Shown here: piece after piece, positions 1 through 12,045 of the stretch
Position numbering within the stretch: position 1 is the first letter of the stretch
Layout of the letters: each line of letters begins with the position of its first letter
Source of the DNA: Narcine bancroftii
Lineage: Eukaryota
Length of the DNA stretch: 64,000 bases
Assembly: GCF_036971445.1 (NCBI RefSeq)
Contig: NC_091482.1
Coordinates: forward strand, 69,006,001-69,070,000
Direction: 5' to 3'
Notes under the pieces: generated by a model
Told to the model about the DNA's origin: nothing
The model's input: the letters and a program-made list of their open reading frames with translations, nothing else
Databases searched by the model: none
Made by a program: the position numbers and the translations under genes

Positions 1-39
1 CAGATAGAGAGACAGCATGGGAACAGGCCCTTGGCCCCA

Positions 40-391
40 TGTTAAAAGTGGACCTAATGTTGTTTGAAAACCAACATGAATACAGCTGGACAGACTTTGA
101 ATTACTTTGAAAAGCATGAGAACTCCGTTACAGCAAGAAGCACTACTACAGGCAGCTAATCTCACCCCAAGAGAGACTCCTCATGGCTTATAAATCATAT
201 CTTTTATACCTTCAGATCCCTAGACTCCTCCATATAAGTACATATTCCTTAGAATTCTCTTGAGATTCATTAATCAGGGTCATGTCCCTTACCCAATAGT
301 TAACAGTCTTTTACCAAGCTGAGTTATCAAAACAGACCATGAACATTCTCCGTGATGTTATTTTGGTTACTACTGTACTTTAAAACTTACA
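40..391 (-). mobile_element. Possible solo LTR inserted into a LINE-type tail
   Basis: Block starts TG (40) and ends CA (391). It interrupts the common tail AACAGGCCCTT..GGCCC|ACACTGAGTCC. Minus-strand TATA-like GGTATAAAAG near 201-210. No clear target-site duplication (TSD). Confidence 0.3.
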
Positions 392-1429
392 TTCACACAC
401 TGAGTCCACGCAAGTGCCCACCAATACTAATTCTACTCAAATCCCATATTATTCTCCTAATATTCCCTCATATTCAATACTTGGAATACATTATTCAATA
501 GTGAAGTGGAAGGAAATACCTAGAATAATTGAACAATATGATTTCTGCTGTGTGGAGAATAAAAAAATAAAGTATTTTTCAATCTGTATTAAAATTCCGA
601 ATTGTCTTCTTTATCCATAATTGTCTTATAGAGGACCAAATTGGGCAGATTTCTGCAGAAGATTGCTAACCGGTGGCCCCTGCTGGTGAACGTGTTAATA
701 GCTATCAGGGACTGACAACGTGGAGTTTGATTTCCCCTCTGTGATCTGTGGCCTCTGAGGTTGACTCCAGAAGCCAATTTGTTGCAAATTGACCTTTCTA
801 CAACCACAGTCAGAAATACAGAAACTGAATTTAGTAAAAACATTGCAATGCTGGAGGAACCCCGCAGGTTTTTTTTAGCATCTATAGGAGACAAAAATAT
901 TGCCAACTTTTTGGGCCTGAGCCCTTTTTCAAGGAAAAAAGACTGTTTAGGTCTTTTAGGCAACTATTGAGGCAACTGAATGTATCCTTGGAGGAACTGG
1001 GCAGCTGTTCCATTCACTCAGAAGCAATATGGTGGAAAGAAACAGCATCACTGATTTGCCTTCTTGAGTTGTGAATTAACAAATCTGTTACAGACAATAA
1101 AATCAATTTCCTTGCTTTGATGGAAATTGTAGTTTTATTACCGGCTCATGTCAAATCACACTGATAAATGCTCCATAGGAAACTAACAAAGCAATGAAAA
1201 TCAAGCAGGCCAATTAAGTGATAAACCTTTCTAAAATCAAATATGATTTCTGTATTCATAAGTCGAGGAAATTTTGCCGAGAAAAAGAATCGAATGAACT
1301 TAGCCCAGATTCCACCGCCCATCCTAAAAACTTCTCAGATAAATTCTAAATGACACAATTCCATAGATGGTTCACTTTTGATACTTATTTTCTTCCCTGG
1401 ATGGGGATGCACCAATGGACTCTTGACTA

Positions 1430-1885
1430 TTTTGTCAGGGTAGATGATTCTAGAACTAGTGGGCTGAGAGGGACCAGAGAGGCAACTTTTCACTCAGAGG
1501 GTGGTCTGCATGAAGAGGATGGCCCATGTGCAGAGGGTGGTCCACATGCAGAGGATGGTCCACATGCAGAGGGTGGTCCGCATGAAGAGGGTGGTCCACA
1601 TGCAGAGGGTGGTCCACATGCAGAGGGAGGTCTGCATGAAGAGGGTGGTCCACGTGCAGAGGATGGTCCGCATGCAGAGGGTGGTCCGCATGCAGAGGGC
1701 AGTCGTATGCAGAGGGTGGTCCACATGTGGAATGAGCTGCCCTATGTATTGTGACCACAAATGTGCACAATACATAATTCAAAAGAGATTGGACGAATCT
1801 ATGAACAGGAAGGGTTTAGAGAGAGACCAAATGCATCCAAATGCCAGCTTGGTCAGCATGGACAAGCTCAGCCAAACCACCTATT
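1430..1885 (+). mobile_element. Degraded CR1 LINE 3' fragment hosting an 18-bp minisatellite
   Basis: TTTTCACTCAGAGGGTGGT...TGGAATGAGCTGCC corresponds to the CR1 ORF2 C-terminal FTQRVV..WNELP motif, followed by a CR1-type tail (TTGGTCAGCATGGAC...CCATGCTGTA). Confidence 0.7.
1495..1728. repeat. Minisatellite, 18-bp unit CAGAGGGTGGTCCACATG, about 13 copies
   Basis: Direct reading; the ORF track shows 6-aa periodicity (AEGGPH). Confidence 0.95.
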
Positions 1886-2689
1886 CCATGCTGTACGACT
1901 CTGATTTGATGACTCTTGTTTTTTAAATTTTATTTAAACTTTTGTACAACTGGCAGAGCTGGGGGAAATGGAGGGGATGGAGTTACTTCTGTAACGTATG
2001 CTCTGTCCCTCCACTGTCAAAATTCAGTTTCAGATTTATTGTCAGAGTACATACTCAACATCACATACAACCCTGAAATTCCTTTTCCTGAAGGCATGGC
2101 AGAATTACCGCTTATTAGAAGTGCAAAACTATACTGTACACTATGTACACATGTAAACAAATGAAGAAATGTAAACAACTCATTTTAGATTCCAATATAG
2201 AAAAAAACGCCATCCTTTGCATTATAGCAGCTATTCCCTCTTCCACTTCTGTGCACCATCAACTCCCAGAGAGGTGCTCAATACCTAACAAACTAAATTT
2301 AAAAAGCACAAAAGGAACTGGAAATAAAGGGCAGATCTGCTCGTGAAAGACCGGTTCATAGTTGAGGTGTGGATGCTGCAGTCAACCTGAAGAAAGGAAG
2401 ACAACTTCAAATGCCACTTAAGATTTTAAATCTCTGGGCCGTCCCTTTAATCAGCTTGAATATGATGATTACAGAATGCTTAATCTCCATTCAGTGATTG
2501 GCATCAGAAAGCTGGAATATTTAGTGTGATCAGAATCCACGAAACAGATTTTAATATAGGTATTAAAATGATTGTGGGAGAAAAAGAATGGAAGAAATGA
2601 AGCATCAAAGGAGAAAATCAAAGAGGAAAATTGGGAAGAAAAATGTGTGGAAATAAGAGTTACCATATGGGATACTCATTCATTTGGGA

Positions 2690-3020
2690 ATAGATGAGAT
2701 AGATGCAGGTAAGTTGGTTCCATTGGTGTGGGACACCAGATGAGGGGACATTGATTTAGGGTGGGTATGAGGAGGAACTGCTTTTCCTAGAGGGGGTGAA
2801 TCTGTGGAAATCACTGGCCATTAAAGCAGTAGAGGTGACCTCAGGAAATATTTTTAAGACAAGGTTGGATAGTTATCTATATAGAAGAAGAATTAAGGGA
2901 TCTGGGGAAAAGGCAGGTCGGTGGAGATGAGCCTCTCATAAGATCAGCCATGAACTCACTGAATGGCGGAGCAGGCTCGACGGGCCAGATGGCCGACTCC
3001 TGCACCTATTTCTTATGTTC
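2690..3020 (+). mobile_element. CR1 LINE 3' end
   Basis: AGGAACTGCTTTTCC.AGAGGGGGTGAATCTGTGGAA...GAATGGCGGAGCAGGCTCGA...CCTATTTCTTATGTTCT; matches the reverse complement of the CR1 at 23310-23817. Confidence 0.85.
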
Positions 3021-3409
3021 TAATGTTTTATGATAATAAATCTTCCTTCTAGGTACAAAACTCTGCTGGTCTGGATGGATAAAAAAAACCTATCATTTCT
3101 GATCTGCAATTGGCTGTTGGATGGACACAGGCAACACATTAGGTGCACGTGGTTCATATTTGCTTTGCTGAGATATTACTCAGTGAAATCATTTGAAACA
3201 GTTTATGTGGAAATCTAGGATTAAAAGCATGAATCGGTGAACATATTTTACAATGGATGCAAAACTGTTTGATTGTTAGAGGGTGAAGGTATATCATTGG
3301 GTCTCAGAATATTCTAATATGGAGCAGTGTAAGGACCATTCTCCAAAAGCTGGGACAAGAGATGAAAATGCAGATTAATTCTGAATCATCTAGTTCCCTT
3401 CCTTCCAAC

Positions 3410-3625
3410 ACAGTTAGAGAAGTGGTTAGTCCAATGCTGTTACAGTGCCAGTGATCGGGGTTCGAATCCAGAAATGTCTGTCAGGAGTTTGTATGTTCTC
3501 TCCGTGTCTGTGTGCTCTGGTTTCTTCGCACCCTTCAAAACATTTTGGGGATGTAGGTTAATGGGATTATTTGGGTGTCATGGCTCATGGATCAGAAGGG
3601 CCTGTCACTGGGCTGCATGTTTTAA
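3410..3625 (+). mobile_element. tRNA-derived V-SINE/HE1-like SINE
   Basis: A-box-like AGTGGTTAG, B-box GGTTCGAATCC, and V-domain-like GGAGTTTGTATGTTCTC.CCGTGTCTG. Confidence 0.8.
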
Positions 3626-3994
3626 AAAAAGCCATCGTGCTAGGAGACGTTACAAATATTTTTTTCTGAAACCCCTACACATAAAAAATACCCCAGATGA
3701 CAGAAATCTGAAATGATTGAATGAAAGCTTTTAAAGAAAAGCCATCAACCTAACATGTCAACACTTATTTCTCTCTCCACATATACTGCTTGACCTGCTA
3801 AATATTTCCAACATCCTGGGTTTTTATGTCTTGAGAGTATTCGCAATTTATTGATTTAGGTGGGATTGACCATTGCAAAAGCATTCCACAGTGACAAGAT
3901 ATTTAGTTTTTTTAGGCAATTGAGAAAGAAACACATGAAGCCCTGACTTATGTCATTTGAGATTTTGATTATAACCAAGTACAAATAAATGGTA

Positions 3995-4245
3995 TCAGGG
4001 TTGGTGAACTGGTTAGTGCAAATCCTTCATTGCACCAGCAATTGGGACCAGGATTCGAGTCCCGCACTGTCTGTAAGGAGTTTGTACTTTCTCCCCGTGT
4101 CTGCGTCGGTTTTCCCCAGAGGGGGTCTCCGGTTTTCTCCCACTCTTCAAAACATACAGGGGAGTTTCGGGTAAATTAGGTGGCACAGACTCGTAGGCCG
4201 AAATGGCCTGTTACTGTGCTGTCTTAAATTTAAATTAAAAAATTA
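3995..4245 (+). mobile_element. tRNA-derived V-SINE/HE1-like SINE
   Basis: GGATTCGAGTCCC, CTGTCTGTAAGGAGTTTGTAC.TTCTCCCCGTGTCTG and a GGCCTGTTACTGTGCTGT tail. Confidence 0.8.
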
Positions 4246-5078
4246 AAATGTTACTTCAAATGAAAAATTGTTGCAAACAAAACACATTTAAAAGAAGACA
4301 TGAGTAATTCTTGAAATTGAGCAGTGGGGAAAAGGATGATTAGTTTTAGTCCTAGTCCTAAATGAGTAATCCTGATGACAGTATTAAGATAAGGCAAATG
4401 GATGCCCCAGTCATCAGTGATCTGGTGGGATAAGTTATTATCCGGGAGAGTAAAGGAGACCTGGCGAGAAATTCTTCTGACATAGTGGAACAGTAGTTCA
4501 AACAGTAGTGAAACATTGATTTAGGGTGGGTATGAGGAGGAACTGCTTTTCCCAGAGGGGGTGAAACAGTCGTTCAAACATTTGATTTGTGTTCTGAGTC
4601 TCCCTGGGCATTCTGCATTTGAGAGAAAGGCAATCAGACCAGTGGAAAATTTCTTCTAAATTTTCTCTAAGGTTGACCCCATGCAAATTGAAGCAACTGT
4701 CAATCGCTCCATGAATTAGGTTAATACCGATCTTCAGAGGAGGCCCGCTGGGTTGTTTACTGAGGGACTGATTGTCAAGGGGAGAAGGGGGGGTGAAAAC
4801 TCAGCGCGATACTCGCAAGCTATAATCAGATTAACCAGGCAGCAAAATCAATGAAAAGGTCAATATTACCATCTTCCACAGCACAAGGTTTAAAGGTCCA
4901 GGAAACAGATGTTCTTCCGTTGCACAAATAAAGGCAGAACGGGCCGCTGTTTGTTTTAATAGATCATGTGTAATTCATTCTGCAAAGTAACAGTGAACAT
5001 ATGTTTGATTTAGCATGACCAGAACAAGCTTGTTTTTCCCTGTCTGAGCCATGTTTCAATTATACAGCACCGACCCCT

Positions 5079-5079
<1 letters not shown>

Positions 5080-5134
<55 letters not shown>

Positions 5135-5143
5135 GCGCGCGCG
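5080..5143. repeat. (CA)n microsatellite running into (CG)n
   Basis: Direct reading. Confidence 0.97.
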
Positions 5144-5744
5144 TCCCTGCAACAACACACAACTCCACACCTCCCTCTCGCTTCCTCTGATCAAACACCA
5201 GGAGCCCATCTGGTCTAAAGTTGTGTTACTTTAACTCCCATCGATTCTCGTCAAAAAGGAATCATTTCATCTTGGTTATGTCCTCGAGTTTTATAGGGCC
5301 ACGTGTGGTCTCCCACCCTGTCTCTATCTCTCTCTCTCACACACACTTGTGTGTGTGCGCACGCTTTTGGATGAGGGGGGGGAGGGTAAGGGTTGGTTTG
5401 GTCTCAGCACCTGATGTTTATTGGAGCACAGCTCTCTCCCTGGCCCCAAAACTGAGAAAGGCCTGTGTCAAAGCTGAACGTCAGGTTTATAGTCTGTGGC
5501 TTCACAATACCCTTTCATTTATTCATCCCCTTCTCATTGACGCAGCTGACTGCTTGATTAGAATGGGTAACACAGGAAGCTGTGGTCACGGAGACCTTTT
5601 GCAATTGCCATTGTTCTTGGGTTGGAACCGCCTAAACAAGACATTCGAGCAGGGGAGGCATCACACAGGGGTTAAAAGAGTGCGCCCCCACTCCCACACT
5701 GACATGTCCGTCCATGACTTCGGTACTGTCCCACTAAGACCACC

Positions 5745-6180
5745 TGTAAATTGGAGGTGCAACACCTAATTTTCCATCTGGGCACTGTCCAACCAGATGG
5801 CATTAACATTGACCTCTCCGGTTTCTGCTAGCCCACTCCCCATTCTCCCTCTCTTCCCCACCCCTCTGTCTTCTTTCCTCCAGCTCTCCACCCCTTCCCT
5901 CTCCATTCACAGAGCCATCCCCGCTCTTGCTGGTGTTTTCTTCCCCCCTTATCCACCCATTACTTCCTCCATGTGGCACTGTGCTCCTTCTTCTGCCCCC
6001 ATCCTTCCCACTTAGTTCGGATCTCTGCCTACATTTTGCTCATACATTGATGAAGGGCTCAAGCCCAAAACATTGGTCATGTACCTTTTTCTTTGCTATT
6101 TGAAGTACGCTGTTTAGCCTGCTGAGTTTCTCCAGGTTTGTGTTTATACTTCAGTCATAGTGTCTGCAGACTGTCATGTT
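5745..6180 (+). mobile_element. Penelope-like element terminal region
   Basis: GATGAAGGGCTCAAGCCCAAAAC...CTGCTGAGTTTCTCCAG preceded by a pyrimidine-rich tract. The same family occurs reversed at 37670-38020, with shorter relics near 7930, 9390, 17480, 40190 and 41340. Family name is tentative. Confidence 0.5.
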
Positions 6181-6419
6181 CTTTTTCCATCACACTGGAG
6201 CCAGTAGTCACGTTACTGGCCAGCATCAATAACTCCTGCAGAAAAGAGCTAGTGCATCATGCCACATAAAGCGAGCCTTTTGACCCACCAAGCCAAAGTC
6301 GAAAACCAAGTCAACCTTCTCTAACGATCCCATTTGCCAGCATTTGGTCCATAGCCTCAGCAATCCTAGATTCTTCCAACATCTTGGGCATGCACCACCC
6401 AACTCAGATCAACCACCAG

Positions 6420-6826
6420 TGCTGAACTCTCCCCACCATCGAGGACATCCGCAGGGAACGCTGCCGTTGGAGAGCAGCAGCAATCATTAAGGACCCACAC
6501 CAATCAGCACACGCTCTGTTCTCGCTGCTACCATCAGGAAAGAGGTATTGGTGCCACTAGACTCTCACCACCAGCTTCAGGAACAGCTGTTACCCCTCCA
6601 CCATCAGACTCCTCAACAATAAACTCAATCAGGGACACTTACTTTTGCAGTTAATTGAATTTTTGCACAGTTTGTTTTCATTTCTTTATTTGTTTACATG
6701 TGTTTATGCTGAGTACAGTTTTTTTGCACTACTAATTAGTGGTAATTCTGCCTGGCCCACAGGAAAAATAATTGAGGGTTGTATGTGATATCAAGTATTT
6801 ACTCTGACAATAAATCTGAAATCTGA
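6420..6826 (+). mobile_element. Rex1/Babar-like LINE 3' fragment
   Basis: Encodes a degraded LFSLLPSGKRY...FRNS motif and ends CTGACAATAAATCTGAAATCTGA like many other copies in the window. Confidence 0.75.
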
Positions 6827-8039
6827 TGAAAATGCTCTTTCTTAGCTCCCTTCTAAACTTCTTATCCTTGACCTTAAATGCATGCCCTGTTGTTTTGGAC
6901 AGTTTCTCCGTGGGGCAATCTCATGCAAGTGTCCCACTGATCTCAGACAGGATGACAGGGGAGACAGTGGTGCCAATTTCGGCGATCACTGCTACTTGCC
7001 ATTTACTCCTGACCGTAGGTACTCACTGGGTTAGGACCAAAAGACCCGAGCAGGGAGCACAGTTCTGGAGGTACCTCAATGGCAAGCGACTGCTCGACGG
7101 AGAGGCACCAGCAGGAACGTGGAATAATGTGCCTGGTTCCTGGGGCGATCGATAAGGGGACGATGTTGGTGATGATCCTGGATTCTGGATTTTCCACAAA
7201 ACTGACTGTTTTTTTTCTCTCCAATGATCTAGCTCTGATTCCTATGGAGAGTGTTCGCTAGTTGTTGGCAGAACCATGGCAAACAATTCACCCACCCCCC
7301 CACACCATAGAACCACAATCAAATAATACCAAGTGTGTCTCTGGGCTTTATTTACATAGAATTAAAACGTAGATCATTTACCATCAGTTGCAGCCTGCAG
7401 AGAGTTTAATCGTACGCTTCCATTGGATGTCCACGCAACCCATATAATGAAGACAAGCCGCATTAAAGGCCAACTTAACGAATGTTCTCCATCAACAATC
7501 GACTCGCTTTCTTGATGTGAATGAAATACTGACGTTTTGCCCAGTATTGACACCTCCTGGGCACGACTCGACAAGGATCGTGCCCCCATACAATTATCCC
7601 CAAGATCTAAAAGAGAGTCAGAAACAAACAGTCACTGGAAGGGTTTATGCCATTTTACTGGTCTTTAGGACATATCCAGACTGGTTCACACACCATGATT
7701 ACTTTGATGTGTTCCTGCTTCTTATCTTAGAAGAAAATTTAATTTACATGCAGCGCACTTTCTTGAGCAGTAACACCACTGCTGAATGTGGGCTACTGTT
7801 GAATTGTTGCTTTAAAAAGCAACCTGCTGGTGGAACTCAGCCGATTGGGCATTATCAGTGGGAGTTAAAGATTGGTCAGCGTTCCTGGCCGGAACCGTTT
7901 CTCGAGACTTGCCGGAGAGATCCGGCCCGAAAGGTTGATTATTGTTTTTCTCCCACTGATGATGCCTGGTTCTTTTTTTTGTTCTAGATTCTAGCATCCC
8001 TCGTGTATTCCCAGTCCTCACGTTGCAAACTGGGCAGCA

Positions 8040-8290
8040 AAATAGTGCTCAGTGAGCGCACACAGACCCCCATGTGACAAAGTGAGGACCATCCGTTTCG
8101 GTGATGCAAGGCGAGGATGAAACATTGACCTCAGGATACAGGAGAACTGCAATGTTCTTTGAATAGTGTCATGGGATCTACCTCAGAGGGCAAATGGGCG
8201 CTCACCCTAAAGGTTCATTTAAAATATTAATGCGCTACCCGTTCAATAATACTGTTGTGTCAGTATTCTCCTTCAAATCCGATTTGAACA
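8040..8290 (-). mobile_element. Degraded DeuSINE (SacSINE1/AmnSINE-like) relic
   Basis: CTTTGAATAGTGTCATGGGATCT..CCTCAGAGGGCA resembles the reverse strand of the conserved Deu domain; recognised from memory. Confidence 0.45.
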
Positions 8291-9024
8291 ACAGTTAGGG
8301 GGCATTGTGACATCTAAATGCCTCGGATGTAGGTGTGATAAAACGATTTATTTTTAGCCAAAGTTTAGCTGGAAATATGGTCTCCTTATATTTTTTACCC
8401 ATTGTAAATTCTCTCTTTGGTAAATCGTGAAAATACTCTGTCAGATCTGTCTGTCCAAGCAATGGTTTCCTGAGAACTCTCGTGGGAAATGCTCTATTGT
8501 TTTTTAGTCAACAAGTTGAATTTTATTTTCTTAAAGCTGAATACCCAAGTTTTCTACTCAACAATTACAAATAAGCTGCTTAAGTTAAAAGATGCAAGCT
8601 AGATCAAATAAATGCCAGCATTTTATTTATGACTCATTCCACTTCAGACCTCAACATTTTAAAAAAGGACACAAATACTGTCAAAATAATCTCACGCCCA
8701 AAATATTTGGTAAGTAAACTCTTGCCCGTTCTATCTCAACAAAATTAAATTGGGTGAAATCTGTACAGTTTTGGGTGAAGAATTTGTCCCCAGCTAGATG
8801 CAGTGTAATACTTTGAGAATATGACCATTATCAAGTACAGGAAATTTCAATACAGTTCACATTACATATCAAAAATAGTTTAGGAAAATAAAGCAAAATT
8901 CAAAAGAAAAATTGTTCATGACAACAGAATATTATAAACTTTTCATTCTCCATGTTGTGGTGCTTCCAGTCAACTATTTTAAACCTTTTTTATTCTTCAT
9001 TCTCAAACCATTCCTATCTTGTAG

Positions 9025-9237
9025 CTATGGTGTTTCCATCATGTATGTTATTTTGTAGTTCAGCTCTTAATTGGTTTGAAAAATCATCTTCCACATAGTC
9101 ATCATCCCAATTGTCTTCCCAGGCATGAGCATCTTCCTCTTCATCTATACCTGTCCAGCCTTCTGCTGGAAACTTCTTGAACTCATCATCCTCTTCCAGC
9201 AAACTCAGGTCAACCGGTGCCTTTGTGACTCAGACCA
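9025..9237 (-). pseudogene. SEM1: Processed pseudogene of SEM1/DSS1 (26S proteasome lid subunit)
   Basis: Intronless [54 protein letters not shown]. Start ATG is lost (TGG TCT GAG) with an N-terminal frameshift, and the C-terminal YMMETP* (cf. YKMETS*) lies in a shifted frame. Confidence 0.93.
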
Positions 9238-9854
9238 ACTCCTGCACTGGATGCTGGGATTAATGGCGCTCTTCCAGCAGACATTCCATCTTAGTGGCTC
9301 ATCACTTGAATCACACCCAGTTGGGAGATCATTTGTGGAGCACTGATAGCTCGTGTTGATCCCGAAAGCAAGTAACTACAGAGATTGGAAATTTGAAATG
9401 AAAATATTGGATAGAGCAGGTCCTGCAGTAGAGCTAATGTTTCAGATCAATTATCTTTTATCAATAAACTTTGCTTTTCTCTTCAACAATGCTGCCCAAT
9501 CAGCTGAGCATTTCCTGCATTTTCTGCTTGTATATCAGTTGCCAGTTGTGGATTGAGTGGTGAGTTCCTTCTTTCTTGCATCTCATGGTTTCTTCCATGG
9601 ACAAAGAACGTTACCGCACAGTACAGGCCATTCGGCGCTTGATGCGCTGACTTAAATATTCCTACCAAAAAACTCCCTTCCTACCTTGTAACCCTCTATT
9701 TTTCTTCTATCCATGTGCCTGTCTAAAAGTCTCTTAAATGCCCCTATGGTTCCAAACTCCTCCACCACCCCTGCCAATGCATTCTAGAGTGTTCCGGGTT
9801 CCAAGCACAGTCTTGGTGAAAGAAAACTTTCTCAGATCTCCTCTAAATCTTCAA

Positions 9855-10205
9855 TTCAGATTTATTGTCAGGGAACATACATGATATCACATACAAACCT
9901 CAGATTCTTTTTCCTGTAGGCATGGCAGAATTACCACTAACTGGTGGGTCAAAAAAAAACTGTACACTGTGTATATATGTAAATAAATAAAGAACTGTAA
10001 ACAGATAACAAATGTAAACAAACTTGCTGTGCAATAAAGAGAGAATAAAAAAGAAAATCAATAAAGCGCAAAGAGTCCTTAAATGAGTCTCTGATTGAGT
10101 TGGTCATTGAGGAGTCTGATGGTGGAGGGGAGCAGCTGTTCCTGAACCTGGTGGGGTTAGCCTTGTGGCACCTACACCTCTTTCCTGATGGCAGCAGGAC
10201 GAACA
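9855..10205 (-). mobile_element. Rex1/Babar-like LINE 3' fragment
   Basis: LLPSGKRCR...TRFRNSC (ORF 9949-10206) and reverse tail TCAGATTTATTGTCAG. Confidence 0.75.
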
Positions 10206-10224
10206 ATACTTGTACTGTGTGAAT

Positions 10225-12045
10225 CTGAGGAATGTATTCATAGATATCTTCAATATCACACTTCAGCAGGGCATGGTACCCACCTGTTTCAAACAGGAGT
10301 CAACCAAGAAGAGTGCAGTAACCTGTCTTAATGACTATCGACCAGTTACACTGACGTCAAGAGTGATGAATTGTTTAGAAAGGCCAAGAAAGCCCAGCAG
10401 TGCCTCTACTTCCTGCGAAGGCCGAGGAAAGTCCATCTCCCACCTTCTATCTTCACTACATTCTAGAGAGGATGTATTGAGAGCATCCTGTGCAACTACA
10501 TTACCGGCTGGTTTGGTAGCTGACCCTCCTCGGACCGCAAGACCCTAAAGAGGAGAGTGAAATCAGTGGAAAAGATCATTGGGAGCTCTCTTCCTACCAT
10601 GAAGGACATCTACAACACTTAATGCAGGTAAAAGGTAATAAACATTGTGAAGGACTCCACATTCCCTTCATATAAACAGTTCTCTCTTCTGCTATCTGGA
10701 AGGAGGCACCATAGCACTCGGGCAACAGCTTTTCCCCCCAAGCCATCAGACTCCTGAACTCCCAGAACATATGTCGATAGGGTACCGTGAATTGTTACTG
10801 TATACATCTTAATTTTAATATTTTAATGTGTTTAACTTCTACTTTTATATTTATGTAAATATGGTCATGGTCCTGGAGAAACAGTATCTCGTCTTTGCCG
10901 TGCAACCATGGCATGAACGATAAATAAAGGTGACTTGAAAACTGATCAGCAAACTCCAAGACCAGGGAGTTAACATCCCACTGTGTAATTGGATCATGGA
11001 TTTCCTTATCTCCAGACCACAATCAGTGAGGATTGGCAAGAACATCTCCTCCATAATCTCCATCAATACCAAAGTACCACAGGGCTATATTCTTCGCCCT
11101 CTGCTCTACTCACTTTAAAACTATAACTGTGTAGCTTGGTACGACAATAACACCATCTACAAATTTTCCGACAGTGGGTTCCATAAAGGAAGGGGATGAG
11201 ACAGCAGCATTGGTGATGGAGATTGAAAACTTGGCTGAATGGTGCAACCACAACCCTCAATGTCACCAAAACTAAGGAACTGATTGTTGACTTCAGGAAG
11301 TGAAAGCCAGAGATATATAATCCAGTGATCATTGGGGGATCAGAGGTGGAGAAGATGAGCAAATTTAAGTTCTTGGGAGTCATCATCTTGAAGGACCCAA
11401 CACGCCAATGGCATCTTGAAGAAAGCACGTCAGCGCCTCTACTTCCCCAGGATTTTGCGGAGGTTTGGTACGACATCAGAAACCCGGCAAATTTCGACAG
11501 ATGTTTAGTGGAAAGTGGGCTGACTGGCTGCATCATGGTCTGGTATGGGAATACCTAAACCACTGAGCATAAATCCCTTCAAAAGGTAGTGGACACAGCC
11601 CAGGACATCACAGGCAAAATCCTCCCCACTATTGAGTCCATCTACAGGGAATGCCGCCGCCGGATGGTAGCAGCAATCATCAAAGATCCACACTACCCAA
11701 CACACAACTCTGTTTTCGCTGCTGCTATCAGGAAAGAGGAATACATGCCATAAGACCCACACCATCAGTTTCAGGAACACCATCAGACTCCTCAACAACA
11801 AAGTCAATCAGGAACTCATTTAAGGATTCTTACTCATGCACTTTATTGATTTTCTTTTTGTCCTCTCTGCATTGCACAGTCAGTTTATGTTCGTTATCTG
11901 CTTACAATTCTTCATTTGTTTACATATTTATGCTGGGTACAGTTTATTATTTGCACAACCAATTAGTGGTAAATCTGCCTGGCCTGCAGGAAAAAAGAAT
12001 CTCAGGGTTGTATGTGATGTGATGTCATATATGACAATAAATCTA
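10225..12045 (+). mobile_element. Cluster of Rex1/Babar-like LINE reverse transcriptase (RT) fragments (at least two elements)
   Basis: [17 protein letters not shown]...[20 protein letters not shown] and LTGCIMVWYGN motifs with frameshifts; tails at ~10935 and ~12040. Confidence 0.8.

Noticed and set aside
589-963. 124-aa minus-strand ORF as a neighbouring gene (for example AEN, adjacent to DET1 in mammals)
   Set aside because: No exonuclease or other recognisable motifs, no ATG start and no convincing splice sites.
1350-1926. Repetitive ORFs (AEGGPH, HVDHPL)
   Set aside because: Translation of the 18-bp minisatellite in all frames.
3410-3480. tRNA gene suggested by GGTTCGAATCC
   Set aside because: It is the head of a SINE; no cloverleaf, and it continues into the SINE core.
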